A DNA stretch of 64,000 nucleotides. It comes from an uncultured Fibrobacteraceae bacterium. Its GTDB lineage: Bacteria > Krumholzibacteriota > Krumholzibacteriia > LZORAL124-64-63. Made by a program: the position numbers and the translations under genes. This document shows positions 35,853 through 44,707 of this stretch, piece after piece (within the stretch, counting starts at the first letter, position 1; every line of letters starts with the position of its first letter). Where the stretch lies: contig CAZTWK010000005.1 in the NCBI GenBank assembly GCA_964617805.1, forward strand, positions 48,149 through 112,148, read 5' to 3'. Under the pieces are notes generated by a model. That model had not been told where the DNA came from and searched no databases. It saw only the letters and a program-made list of their open reading frames with translations.

Positions 35853-38360
35853 CTACCTCCAGTCCTCGGGCAACAGGTCGGGGGCCAGCAGCAGGCTGGG
35901 CGCGCCGCGCGAGGCCGCCATCGCGCGCAGGAACGTCATTTCCGGCGATTCCGCCGCCGGAGCCGCGGCGGTGTCCAGGCCCGCCGGCCGGGCCAGGGGC
36001 AGTTTCAGGTCCAGGCCCATGAACGGGAGCCTGAAGTCGGGCCATTCGATCCAGGGCCGCGGCGGGTACTCGCGCAGCAGGACCTCTTCGGCTGGATCGA
36101 GTCCGGCCAGCTCCCGCGCGCGCGCGATGGCGGCGGTCAGGCCGCCGATGCCGTCGCAGAGGCCGCGGTCCACGGCATCGCCACCCATCCAAACCCGGCC
36201 GCCGCCCAGCTCGCGCACCCGCGCCTCGCTCAGGCCGCGCTCGGCGGCCACCGACCCCACGAAGCGGTCGTAGAGGGTGAGGATGCGTTCGCGGGCGAAG
36301 CCGTACTCCTCCTCGGTCAGCTCGCGGTAGGGCACGGCGAAGCCGACGGGGTAGCGCACGCTGCGGCCGAGGTCGGCGTGCTTGCCGCGCGACACGCCGT
36401 CGGCGTCGAGGCCGGCCTTCTCGTGCATGCGCTCGTCCCAGACCCAGCCGCCGATCACGCCGATGGACCCGGTGATGGTGACCGGGGTGGTCAGGATCTC
36501 CGTGCCGTTCATGCTGATCCAATAGCCACCGGAGGCCGCCACGTCGCCCTGGCTGACGACCACGGGCTTGCCCGCCTCGCGCAGCAGGGCCACGCCCTCG
36601 GCCACCAGGTCGCTGGGCAGCGGATCGCCGCCGGGCGAGTCGGCGCGCAGCACCACCGCGGCCACCTCGGGATCCTCGGCCAGCGCCCGCAGGTGCCGGC
36701 CGGTCGCGCGGCCCTCGATGCCCGTTTCCATGTCGCAGACGCCCACGGCGTAGACGACCTCCACGGTGGGGGGACGGCCCCAGCGCTCGTCGTGGTGGAC
36801 CCGCAGGAGCGAGGCGTCGGGGCCCACCAGGGCGGCGCCTCGGTTCTCGGCCAGCCAGCCGCCCAGTTCGTGCCAGCGGGCGATGCCGTCGACCAGGCCC
36901 AGGGCGGCGGCCTCCTCGCCGAAGAGCAGGATCTCGTCGTCCACCACGCGGTCGAATTCCGCAAAGGGGAGGCCGCGGCCGGCGCAGGTCGCGTCGCGCA
37001 GCCACTCGTAGACCACGTCCACGATGCGGCCGCGCTGCTCGCGGTCCGCCGGGGACATGTCCTGGCGCGAGAGGGCCTCCACGGCGGTCTTGTGGTCGAA
37101 GTACTGCAGGGCCGTGAAGCCCAGGCCGAGCTTCTCCAGCAGGTCGCGCATGTAGGTGCGGCTCAGGTCGACGCCGGGGAAATTGAGCATGCCCTCCGGA
37201 TCGAGGGTCACGCGGTCGGCGACGCAGGCCACGGCGTAGAGCAGCATGCCGGGCCGGTCCACGTGCACGTGGATCTCCAGTCCCGATTCGCGCAGGGCGG
37301 CCAGGCGTTCGCGAAGCTCCCAGAGCAGGGACGGGCGGCCGGAGAAGCCCGCCAGGTTGAGGGCCAGGCCCGCGACCTGGTCGTCGGCCGCGACGGCGTC
37401 CAGGACCCGCGTCAGGTCGAGCCAGGCCAGGCGCGTGTCGTCAAACCAGCGGTACTTCTGGTAGGTGAGGCGGCGGCCTTCCAGATCGAGGGCGACCACC
37501 CGGGCCGGCGGGGCGAAGAGGCGCGGCGTCGCGGCGTCGGGCACCGGGGCGCGGGGCACGTCGGTCTCGAGCAGGTAGGTCGTGTGGAGGCGGTCGCTGT
37601 CGGCGTCGTAGGTGGGCAGGGCGCTCAGGCCGTGGCGGCCCAGGGTGAGGCCCAGGCTCCAGGTCGCGAGGTAGTCGTCGCCCGTGGCGTCCTCGCGCAG
37701 GCGCAGGCCCAGGCGCAATCCCGCCAAAGGCTGCACGGTCAGGCCGCCGCCCAGCCGGCCGTGGTCCCACCGCTCGCTGCCGCGCAGGACGTAGTCGCCG
37801 AAGACGGTCAGCCAGGGCCGGCCGAAGGGGCGCAGGGCCAGGTCCAGCGAGCCGTGGCGCGCGTCCGACTCCATGGACTCCACGCCGACGAGCCCGAGGG
37901 CCACCGCGCGGCCCGGGCGGTAGATCTGGCCGGCGGCCAGGGCCTTCTCGTGGCGGAGGCTCTCGTTGCCGGAGGACCAGCGCCAGGCCAGGGCGCTGTG
38001 GTGGCGGCGGTCGCCCCCGGCGAGGCCGATCTGCCAGTCGGTGACGCCGGCGAAGCCGGAGCCGGTCGCGTAGGTGTTGTGGCGCACCGCCAGGCCCAGG
38101 CGGTGGCCCAGCGAGAAGCCCCAGTTGTCCAGGTGGCGGTCGGGGCGGTTGGCGTCGTTCCACCAGAAGGCCGAGGAGCTACGCTCCGACGCCGCCCAGG
38201 CCGCGGGATTGGCGAAGGCGCCGGCGGCGCCGCCGGCCGCGCCGGGGGGCGCCGCCAGGTGGAGGTCCGACCAGAGCGGATCGGGGAGGCCGGATCCCGT
38301 CTCGGCCTGCGCCGAGAGGGTGAGGGAAATCAGCACCAGAATCGAGATCAGCGCGCGCAT
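35853..38360 (-). CDS. sppA: Signal peptide peptidase SppA (67K type, tandem ClpP/crotonase-fold domains) with an additional ~330-aa N-terminal domain
   Basis: Start at M120 of the ORF (RBS AAGGAGA). Signal peptide. C-terminal catalytic block VVVSQGDVAASGGYWISM; first non-catalytic SppA repeat upstream. The N-terminal domain is rich in alternating beta-strand-like segments. Confidence 0.75.
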   Translation of the reverse strand: MRALISILVLISLTLSAQAETGSGLPDPLWSDLHLAAPPGAAGGAAGAFANPAAWAASERSSSAFWWNDANRPDRHLDNWGFSLGHRLGLAVRHNTYATGSGFAGVTDWQIGLAGGDRRHHSALAWRWSSGNESLRHEKALAAGQIYRPGRAVALGLVGVESMESDARHGSLDLALRPFGRPWLTVFGDYVLRGSERWDHGRLGGGLTVQPLAGLRLGLRLREDATGDDYLATWSLGLTLGRHGLSALPTYDADSDRLHTTYLLETDVPRAPVPDAATPRLFAPPARVVALDLEGRRLTYQKYRWFDDTRLAWLDLTRVLDAVAADDQVAGLALNLAGFSGRPSLLWELRERLAALRESGLEIHVHVDRPGMLLYAVACVADRVTLDPEGMLNFPGVDLSRTYMRDLLEKLGLGFTALQYFDHKTAVEALSRQDMSPADREQRGRIVDVVYEWLRDATCAGRGLPFAEFDRVVDDEILLFGEEAAALGLVDGIARWHELGGWLAENRGAALVGPDASLLRVHHDERWGRPPTVEVVYAVGVCDMETGIEGRATGRHLRALAEDPEVAAVVLRADSPGGDPLPSDLVAEGVALLREAGKPVVVSQGDVAASGGYWISMNGTEILTTPVTITGSIGVIGGWVWDERMHEKAGLDADGVSRGKHADLGRSVRYPVGFAVPYRELTEEEYGFARERILTLYDRFVGSVAAERGLSEARVRELGGGRVWMGGDAVDRGLCDGIGGLTAAIARARELAGLDPAEEVLLREYPPRPWIEWPDFRLPFMGLDLKLPLARPAGLDTAAAPAAESPEMTFLRAMAASRGAPSLLLAPDLLPEDWR

Positions 38361-38535
38361 GGACGGTCTCCTTGTTGTAATGTACCGGGTCAGCATACCC
38401 TCGCCCTCCGGCGAGCACCAGTCCGATCGACCAGGGAGATCCGCATGCGCAGACGCTGGCAGGACGGCCTCGGCACCATGCTCCTGATCCTCGCGACCAC
38501 GGCTGGCATCGTGGCCGCGCTGAAGATCTGAGGCC

Positions 38536-38904
38536 GTGGTGTTCCGGCTCCCACGCACGATCGCACTCCTCGTCGCGGCCTTCGTCCTGCACCAGGCGCT
38601 GCAGCGGCTGGACTGGTCGCCGGCGTGGGCCGCCGCCTGGCTGGACGACCTGCTCTGCCTGCCTCTGGTCCTCGCCCTGGCGCTGGCGGCGCACCGCCGC
38701 CTGCGCGTGCGCGACACCGCCTACGTGCTGCCGCTCGACCAGGTGGCCCTCGCCTGGATCTTCTTCACTCTCGTCTTCGAGGGGATCCTGCCGCGGCTGA
38801 ACGCCGACCACACGGCCGATCCGCGGGACGGGCTGGCCTACGCGGCCGGCGCCGTCTTCTTCCAGCTCCGTCTCAACCGTCCCGGCGAAGGGAGGCCGGC
38901 GTGA
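38536..38904 (+). CDS. Hypothetical small membrane protein
   Basis: GTG start. 3-4 hydrophobic helices. Overlaps the next gene by 4 nt. Confidence 0.45.
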   Translation: MVFRLPRTIALLVAAFVLHQALQRLDWSPAWAAAWLDDLLCLPLVLALALAAHRRLRVRDTAYVLPLDQVALAWIFFTLVFEGILPRLNADHTADPRDGLAYAAGAVFFQLRLNRPGEGRPA

Positions 38905-39410
38905 AGCGCAACGTGGAGATCAAGGCCCGCGTCCACGACACGGCGGCCTTCGCGGACCGCGCGCGGGACCTCACCGGCGCCGAGCCCGAGATCATCCCGC
39001 AGGCGGACATCTTCTTCGCGGTGCCGCGGGGCCGCCTCAAGCTCCGCCGCCTCGGCCCGCGCCGGGGCGAACTCATCTACTACGAGCGCCCCGACGCGAC
39101 GGAGCCGGGCACCTCCGCCTACGACATCCACAGTGCTGACGATCCCGACGGTCTCGAGGTTACGCTGAGCCGCGCGCTGGGCGTGCGGGGCGAGGTGCGC
39201 AAGACGCGCCGGCTCTATATGACCGGCCGCACGCGCATCCACCTGGACGAAGTGGCGGGGTTGGGCACGTTCATGGAGCTGGAGGTGGTCCTCGCGGAGG
39301 GTGAGGACCCGGCCGCCGGCGAGGCCGAGGCCCGGGCGTTGATGCGTGAACTGGGCATCGACGAGGCGGACCTCGTCGCGTCGGCCTACATCGACCTGCT
39401 GGAGAGTTGA
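38901..39410 (+). CDS. CYTH-domain protein (class IV adenylyl cyclase CyaB / triphosphate tunnel metalloenzyme)
   Basis: GTG start with GGGAGG RBS. N-terminal VEIKARV (ExExK motif). Conserved acidic and basic tunnel residues. Confidence 0.7.
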   Translation: MKRNVEIKARVHDTAAFADRARDLTGAEPEIIPQADIFFAVPRGRLKLRRLGPRRGELIYYERPDATEPGTSAYDIHSADDPDGLEVTLSRALGVRGEVRKTRRLYMTGRTRIHLDEVAGLGTFMELEVVLAEGEDPAAGEAEARALMRELGIDEADLVASAYIDLLES

Positions 39411-39411
39411 G

Positions 39412-40122
39412 ATGTCATTCTATTCCGAATTCGCCGAACACTACGAGCGGGTCTTCCCCCTGCGGGACGCGGTCGTGGCCTACCTGTGCGCCCATCTGCC
39501 CGCGCCACCGGCGCGGATCCTCGACGCCGGCTGCGGCCCCGGCCACCACTGTGGACGCCTGGCCGAAGCGGGTTACCGCGCGGTGGGCGTCGACCTCGAC
39601 GCGGCCATGATCGACGCGGCCCGCGCGGCCCATCCCGGGGCCGAGTTCCACGTCCTCGACCTGGCCGACGCGGCGCGGCTGCCCGGCGATCTCGACGGGG
39701 CCTTCTGCCTGGGCAACGTGGCGCCCCACCTCGTACCCGAGGCCCTCGCGGGCGTCCTTGACGCGCTGCGCGCCAAGCTGCCCGCGGGCGCGCCCTGGCT
39801 CGTGCAGACGGTCAACTGGGATCCCGTGCTTGAACTGGACAGCTACCGCTTCCCCGACCGCGACTTGGACGGCGTGGTCTTCCGGCGCGAATACGCGGGC
39901 ATCACCGACCGTCGCCTCCTCTTCCGCACGGAACTGCTGGAGAACGGCCGCACTGTGTTCACTGGCGAAGACGTGATGCACCCCCTGCGCGCGGCCGACT
40001 TCGTCGCCCTTCACGCCGACCACGGCTTCGAGCTGGTCGCCCACCACGCGGACTTCGCGGGCGCGCCCTACGACCCTGAGCGCCCCGGCGGCAGCGTGAC
40101 GGCCTTCCGGGTCGCCGGTTAG
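39412..40122 (+). CDS. Class I SAM-dependent methyltransferase
   Basis: Motif I ILDAGCGPGHH; motif II AVGVDLD. Confidence 0.7.
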   Translation: MSFYSEFAEHYERVFPLRDAVVAYLCAHLPAPPARILDAGCGPGHHCGRLAEAGYRAVGVDLDAAMIDAARAAHPGAEFHVLDLADAARLPGDLDGAFCLGNVAPHLVPEALAGVLDALRAKLPAGAPWLVQTVNWDPVLELDSYRFPDRDLDGVVFRREYAGITDRRLLFRTELLENGRTVFTGEDVMHPLRAADFVALHADHGFELVAHHADFAGAPYDPERPGGSVTAFRVAG

Positions 40123-40658
40123 CGGACGTCGGCGCTGCCCAGCCATTCTTCGTTGAAGATCAGGCTCTTGCGCGACTGGAAATCGCCGGCCTTGCGGGCG
40201 CGGTCCCCGCGCAGGCCCTCGCGCAGCCAGACGCCGCGCTCGGCGTTCATCAACCTGGCCGACCAGAGCAGCCGCGAGACCGTCGAGGTGTCGCGTCCGG
40301 CGATGATGGAGAGGTCGTAGGTGGTCGAGAGCAGGGGAGACATCTCGGGCAGACGCGGGCGGGACGTCTCGTCGCCGCTCAGATCCACGATGTAGGCGCG
40401 CCAGAGGTCGTGCAGCAGGGTGGGCTCGGGCTCCGGGGGTTCCTCCTCCTCTTCGTTCTCCTCGGAGAGGGGCGCGTCGTCGACGATCACCACGTCGCCG
40501 AGCACGACCAGCGGCCGGGGCGCGGGGCCCGGACGCGTATGGCGCGATAGGTCGCCGGCGGGATAGAAGCGCGCCGCCCCCACGGCCAGCAGCAGGGCCA
40601 GCAGCAGGGCGGCCGCGATGCTGAGCGGCCAACGCCAGGGTGTGAGCAGCTTGCGCAA
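40119..40658 (-). CDS. Hypothetical membrane-anchored protein with poly-Glu/Pro segment
   Basis: TTG start. N-terminal TM helix. No known domain. Convergent 4-nt overlap with the upstream MTase. Confidence 0.4.
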   Translation of the reverse strand: MRKLLTPWRWPLSIAAALLLALLLAVGAARFYPAGDLSRHTRPGPAPRPLVVLGDVVIVDDAPLSEENEEEEEPPEPEPTLLHDLWRAYIVDLSGDETSRPRLPEMSPLLSTTYDLSIIAGRDTSTVSRLLWSARLMNAERGVWLREGLRGDRARKAGDFQSRKSLIFNEEWLGSADVR

Positions 40659-40707
40659 GGATCCTCCCGCACGCGCATACGTCGGAGCCCGGCGGAGGTT
40701 CCCGGCC

Positions 40708-41916
40708 TCAGTCGCGGCGGCTCAGCCGGTAGCAGACGACGCCGTAGGCCGTTTCCTCCGGTGCCTCGTCGTCCCCGGTGGCGTACACGCCGCCGTCCTC
40801 GTCCAACATGACGCGGCAGAGCACCCGCCCGCGGGGCAGGAAGCGCAGTTGGTGCAGGGCGCCGCCGTGGGGATCGCGCACCTCGGCGCAGCGCAGCCAG
40901 CGGCCGTCGGTGTCGAAGACGTCGTAGACGCCGACGATCTCGTCGCGCTCGGTCGTCCAGCCGCGGCTGCTGGTGACCCACAGGTGGCCGTCGTGGCCGA
41001 CCTGGATGTTTCGCACGTCGCGGTGGTGGTCGAGCAGTATGGCCTCCGCGTCGGGGAAGTACGTGGCGACCTGGTCCAGGACGTTCGCCCGCATTTCATC
41101 GAGGCTCTCGTCGCTTCGTGCGAGCGATTCGAATTCGCGCACGAAGCGCAGCCGTTCGCGGCCGGTGGCGTCCAGGGAAACGATCTCATAGTGAGCACGG
41201 TCGGGCGCCGAATAGAACCAGCCGTTCGGCGCCACGGCCCAACCGCTCCAGGGTTCGGTTGCGGCACCCTCGTCGAATACGTAGGGATCCAGGGAGATCT
41301 CGGTTGTGTGTTCCAGCAGGCGGGCAATCCGCCGGCCGTCCCTGCGGAAGGTGTCCATCACCTGCTCTGACCGCATGGCCATCGCGTTACCGGTGCCCAT
41401 GTTGCCATTCAACACGAGATACTCGTCCGTGCCCGAGCATTTTCCGTAGCCGATCATCATCCGCTCGCCGTCCTCGTCGCACAGAACGATCGTCCCGGCC
41501 GGGTCGCCGCCGGCGGTGATCAGGTCCAGTCCGCCGATGCGGCCGGAGGTCACGGCGATCACGTCCTCTTCCCACCAGAACATGCCGCCGGGCTGGGACA
41601 GTTCGCCGGGCCCCTCGCCCTCGCGGCACAGGGTGTCGAGGTGCGTGCCGTCCTCCGCGTAGACCAGGATCTGCTTGAGCTGGGAGTCGAGCAGGTAGAC
41701 CCGGCCCGCCTCGTCGCCGAGCACGTCCATCACCCAGCCGATGATCACGTCGTCGTCCAGGCCGCCGGCGCGCCAGACCTCCTCGAGCTCGTAGACCGTG
41801 GTGTCGGGTTCGGCCGGCGCCGTGTTGTGTACGACCGGGACGTCGTCCCCCGCCGCGCACACAGAGGCGGCGCCCGCCATCGCGAGCGCCGCCAGCGTCT
41901 TGATCATCGTGTCCAT
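40708..41916 (-). CDS. Hypothetical secreted protein (possible beta-propeller fold)
   Basis: Start at M52 of the ORF. Signal peptide MIKTLAALAMAGAASVCAA. No recognisable catalytic motif. Confidence 0.5.
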   Translation of the reverse strand: MDTMIKTLAALAMAGAASVCAAGDDVPVVHNTAPAEPDTTVYELEEVWRAGGLDDDVIIGWVMDVLGDEAGRVYLLDSQLKQILVYAEDGTHLDTLCREGEGPGELSQPGGMFWWEEDVIAVTSGRIGGLDLITAGGDPAGTIVLCDEDGERMMIGYGKCSGTDEYLVLNGNMGTGNAMAMRSEQVMDTFRRDGRRIARLLEHTTEISLDPYVFDEGAATEPWSGWAVAPNGWFYSAPDRAHYEIVSLDATGRERLRFVREFESLARSDESLDEMRANVLDQVATYFPDAEAILLDHHRDVRNIQVGHDGHLWVTSSRGWTTERDEIVGVYDVFDTDGRWLRCAEVRDPHGGALHQLRFLPRGRVLCRVMLDEDGGVYATGDDEAPEETAYGVVCYRLSRRD

Positions 41917-41974
41917 CGTCGCCCCCCGATAGCTGGACGGGGCCGGAATAGGTCGGAGCCGCCGGGGCCGGCGA

Positions 41975-42877
41975 TCAGTTCCTGTCGGCCTTGAGCTCCT
42001 CCAGCATGGCGCGCAGTTCCTCGATGTCCGCGCGCAGGTTCTCCAGTTCATCCTCGTCCACGGGCGCATGGGGCGTCAAGCTGTTGTAGTGATGCCACTT
42101 CATGGGGATGTTCCCCTCATGTCCGTGCAGACGCTTGATGATACGCTGCGGCATGTTTGGGTAGATATTGGCGAAGGCATGGGCCTCGCGCTCGGCCAGG
42201 GCGGCCTTGAGGGTCTTGTTCTTGCCCTTGCGCACGACGACGATCTCCACCTCGTCGCCTTCCTCGTGGTCGCCCATGGCTTCCACGACATCGTCGGGCC
42301 CGTCGACGTCGTCGCCGGCGATCTTCACGATCACGTCGTAGATCCGGAAGCCGGCCTTCTCGGCGGGGGAGTCCTCGATGACCTCGGTGATCAGGGCGCC
42401 CTCGCCGTCGTCGATGTCGAAGTACTCGGCCTGGTCGTCGTTCAGCCCGGAGAGCTGGACGCCGAGATAGGCGCCGCCCTGGCCGACCCACGCCATGTCG
42501 TCGCCGCCGCTCATGAAGAAGACGTTCTCGTCGTCGTCGAAGCAGGCCTTGTCGCCGTGGAACTTGAAGTGGCAGTCCTTACCCTCGTCGCCCATGACGA
42601 TGCAGTACTTGCCGTCCTCGAGTTCGATGATGCCTTCCTCGCCGTCGGCGTCGAATTCCCTGACGAGGGTCTCCTCGCCGTCCTTGATCGTCCAGATCTT
42701 GACGTGGGACTCGCCGTCCTCCTCGACGACCTCGACCTTCATCTCCTTGGGCTCTCCGTCGTCCTCGACGAAGCTGACGACCTTGATGGTCCGCTCCTCC
42801 TCCTCGGCCAGGACCACACCGGCGCCGAGCAGCGCCAGGCAGGCCAGGACCGCGAGGATCGTTCTCCAGTGACTCAT
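41975..42877 (-). CDS. Secreted acidic PDZ-domain protein
   Basis: RBS AAGGAG. Signal peptide. Asp/Glu-rich N-terminal region. PDZ core (GAYLGVQL...GALITEV...DVIVKIAG...EVEIVVVRKG). C-terminal coiled coil. Confidence 0.65.
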   Translation of the reverse strand: MSHWRTILAVLACLALLGAGVVLAEEEERTIKVVSFVEDDGEPKEMKVEVVEEDGESHVKIWTIKDGEETLVREFDADGEEGIIELEDGKYCIVMGDEGKDCHFKFHGDKACFDDDENVFFMSGGDDMAWVGQGGAYLGVQLSGLNDDQAEYFDIDDGEGALITEVIEDSPAEKAGFRIYDVIVKIAGDDVDGPDDVVEAMGDHEEGDEVEIVVVRKGKNKTLKAALAEREAHAFANIYPNMPQRIIKRLHGHEGNIPMKWHHYNSLTPHAPVDEDELENLRADIEELRAMLEELKADRN

Positions 42878-43007
42878 TTCGGGGCTCCTTGTCAGGGGTT
42901 GGGACCGGCGCCGTCGCGCGGGGCCGCCGGATCCGGGGAACGTACGACACACATCGAGAAAATACACGGATCCGTAGGGGCGGGTTCCCGGCGTTAACAA
43001 ACTTTAA

Positions 43008-44081
43008 CTACTCGCTCCGGAAGGGCCGCACCGAGGGCAGCGCGTCGCGGAAGGCGACCCCGTAGATGTCCCAGACCGTCACGAACAGCGCCGCCACGAT
43101 GGGCCCGACGATGAAGCCCAGCACGCCGAAGACCATGATGCCGCCCAGGGTGCTGAAGAGGATCAGCAGGTCGTGCAGCCGCGTGTCGCGTCCCACCAGC
43201 CGGGGCCGCAGCAGGTTGTCGATGCTGCCCACGACCAGGCCGCAGAACAGGGCCAGGCCGACGCCGGCGCCCACCCGGTCCGAGGCGGCGAGGATCACCG
43301 CCGCCGGCAGCCAGACCAGCCCGGTGCCGATGCCCGGGATGACCGACAGCAGGACCATCACCGTGCCCCAGAACACGGCGCCCTCGATGCCGACCACGGC
43401 GAAGGCCGCGCCGGCCAGCGCGCCCTGGGCGATGCCGATCAAAAGAGTGCCCTTCAGCGTGGCGCGGCTCACCGACGTGAAGCGCTCGAGCATGCGCCGC
43501 TCGTCGTCGTCGCGCAGGGGCAGGTAGTAGAGGATCCGATCCAGGAGCCGGTGCCCGTCCTTCAGGAAGAAGAACATGGTGTAGATGAGGATGAAGACCT
43601 GGAAGACGAAGCTCACGGTGCCGCGCGTGGTCGCCGACAGGCTCTCGAAGAGGAACACGCCCGCCGAGCCCACCACCTCTCCGGCCTTGGTCAGCAGCTG
43701 CTCGCGGTGGGGCGCCAGGTGCTCCTGGAAGGGCAGCGACTCCAGCAGCTCGGCCAGCCGGTCGGGCTCCGCGAGCTGACGCTCCACCCAGGGCAGGGCC
43801 GATTCGCTCACTTGCAGGGCCTCCGCGGCGACGATGCCCAGGATGCCCAGCAGCGGCGTCAGCACGGCCAGCACCAGCACGAGCATGGTCAGCAGCGAGG
43901 CCGCGGTCTCACGTCCGCGCAGCAGCGTGCGGAAGCGGCGGTAGAGGGGATGGGCCAGCCCGGCGAAGATGCCGGCCAGCAGGATGGCCATCAGGAACGG
44001 GCGCAGCATGCTGACGAAGAGCAGCGAGATGGCGGCCGTCAGCAGCAGCAGGAAACCCTTCTGGAAGTGCTCGCGTTCCAT
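43008..44081 (-). CDS. AI-2E family transporter (PerM/YdiK/TqsA-like)
   Basis: 8 TM helices with the characteristic topology and conserved C-terminal blocks (LLRPRLVG, FGxLGxIVGP). Confidence 0.8.
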   Translation of the reverse strand: MEREHFQKGFLLLLTAAISLLFVSMLRPFLMAILLAGIFAGLAHPLYRRFRTLLRGRETAASLLTMLVLVLAVLTPLLGILGIVAAEALQVSESALPWVERQLAEPDRLAELLESLPFQEHLAPHREQLLTKAGEVVGSAGVFLFESLSATTRGTVSFVFQVFILIYTMFFFLKDGHRLLDRILYYLPLRDDDERRMLERFTSVSRATLKGTLLIGIAQGALAGAAFAVVGIEGAVFWGTVMVLLSVIPGIGTGLVWLPAAVILAASDRVGAGVGLALFCGLVVGSIDNLLRPRLVGRDTRLHDLLILFSTLGGIMVFGVLGFIVGPIVAALFVTVWDIYGVAFRDALPSVRPFRSE

Positions 44082-44091
44082 GGCCCCGTCC

Positions 44092-44703
44092 TCAGTTGAT
44101 GGGCTTGACGACGGTGAAGGCGCCGCGGATGTCGCCCTCCGCGTAACCCGTCGCCGCGTCGTCGGGGTAGAGGGTGGCGAGCTTCGTCGTTACCTCGGCG
44201 TCCATCTCCGTCCCGTGGCAGTTCAGGCAGAGGGCCGCGGTGGGGATGACCTTCATGTAGCGGAAGGTGCGCTGGCCCGTCGCGTCCTCCTCGACGGTCC
44301 AGGCCTCGAGCCCTGCCGGGTCCTCGCCCGCGGTGCGGCGCTCGGCGAAATCGGCCAGGACGCCGCGTTCCCACTCGTCCGGGTCGTTCTTGGCGTTGCG
44401 TGCGCGCAGGCTGGTGCGCCCCACCATGAAGCCCTCCTCGAGGCAGATGGATTCGGTGATGGGCACAGCTTCCACGTTGCAGACCTCCAGAGCGCCCACC
44501 AGCCCGTCGGCCTGCACGGCCGCCTCCAGCCGGGCCTTCAGGGCGCCGCCGAGCTTCTTCATGGCGCCGCCGCTGGCGGCGATGTGCGCGGCCGTCTCCG
44601 CGTCGGGCTCGGGTGGGGCCTCCTGCTCGCCCGTGCAGCCGTGCAGCGTCAGGGCCAGGACGGCGGCCAGCAGGAAGGTCGAGTTCAGCTTGTTGAGGGA
44701 CAT
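44092..44703 (-). CDS. Tll0287/DUF3365-like lipoprotein with one c-type heme-binding motif
   Basis: Signal peptide with Cys. PAS-like domain with a single CLNCH motif near the C-terminus, as in Tll0287-family heme c proteins. Confidence 0.55.
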   Translation of the reverse strand: MSLNKLNSTFLLAAVLALTLHGCTGEQEAPPEPDAETAAHIAASGGAMKKLGGALKARLEAAVQADGLVGALEVCNVEAVPITESICLEEGFMVGRTSLRARNAKNDPDEWERGVLADFAERRTAGEDPAGLEAWTVEEDATGQRTFRYMKVIPTAALCLNCHGTEMDAEVTTKLATLYPDDAATGYAEGDIRGAFTVVKPIN

Positions 44704-44707
44704 GTCA

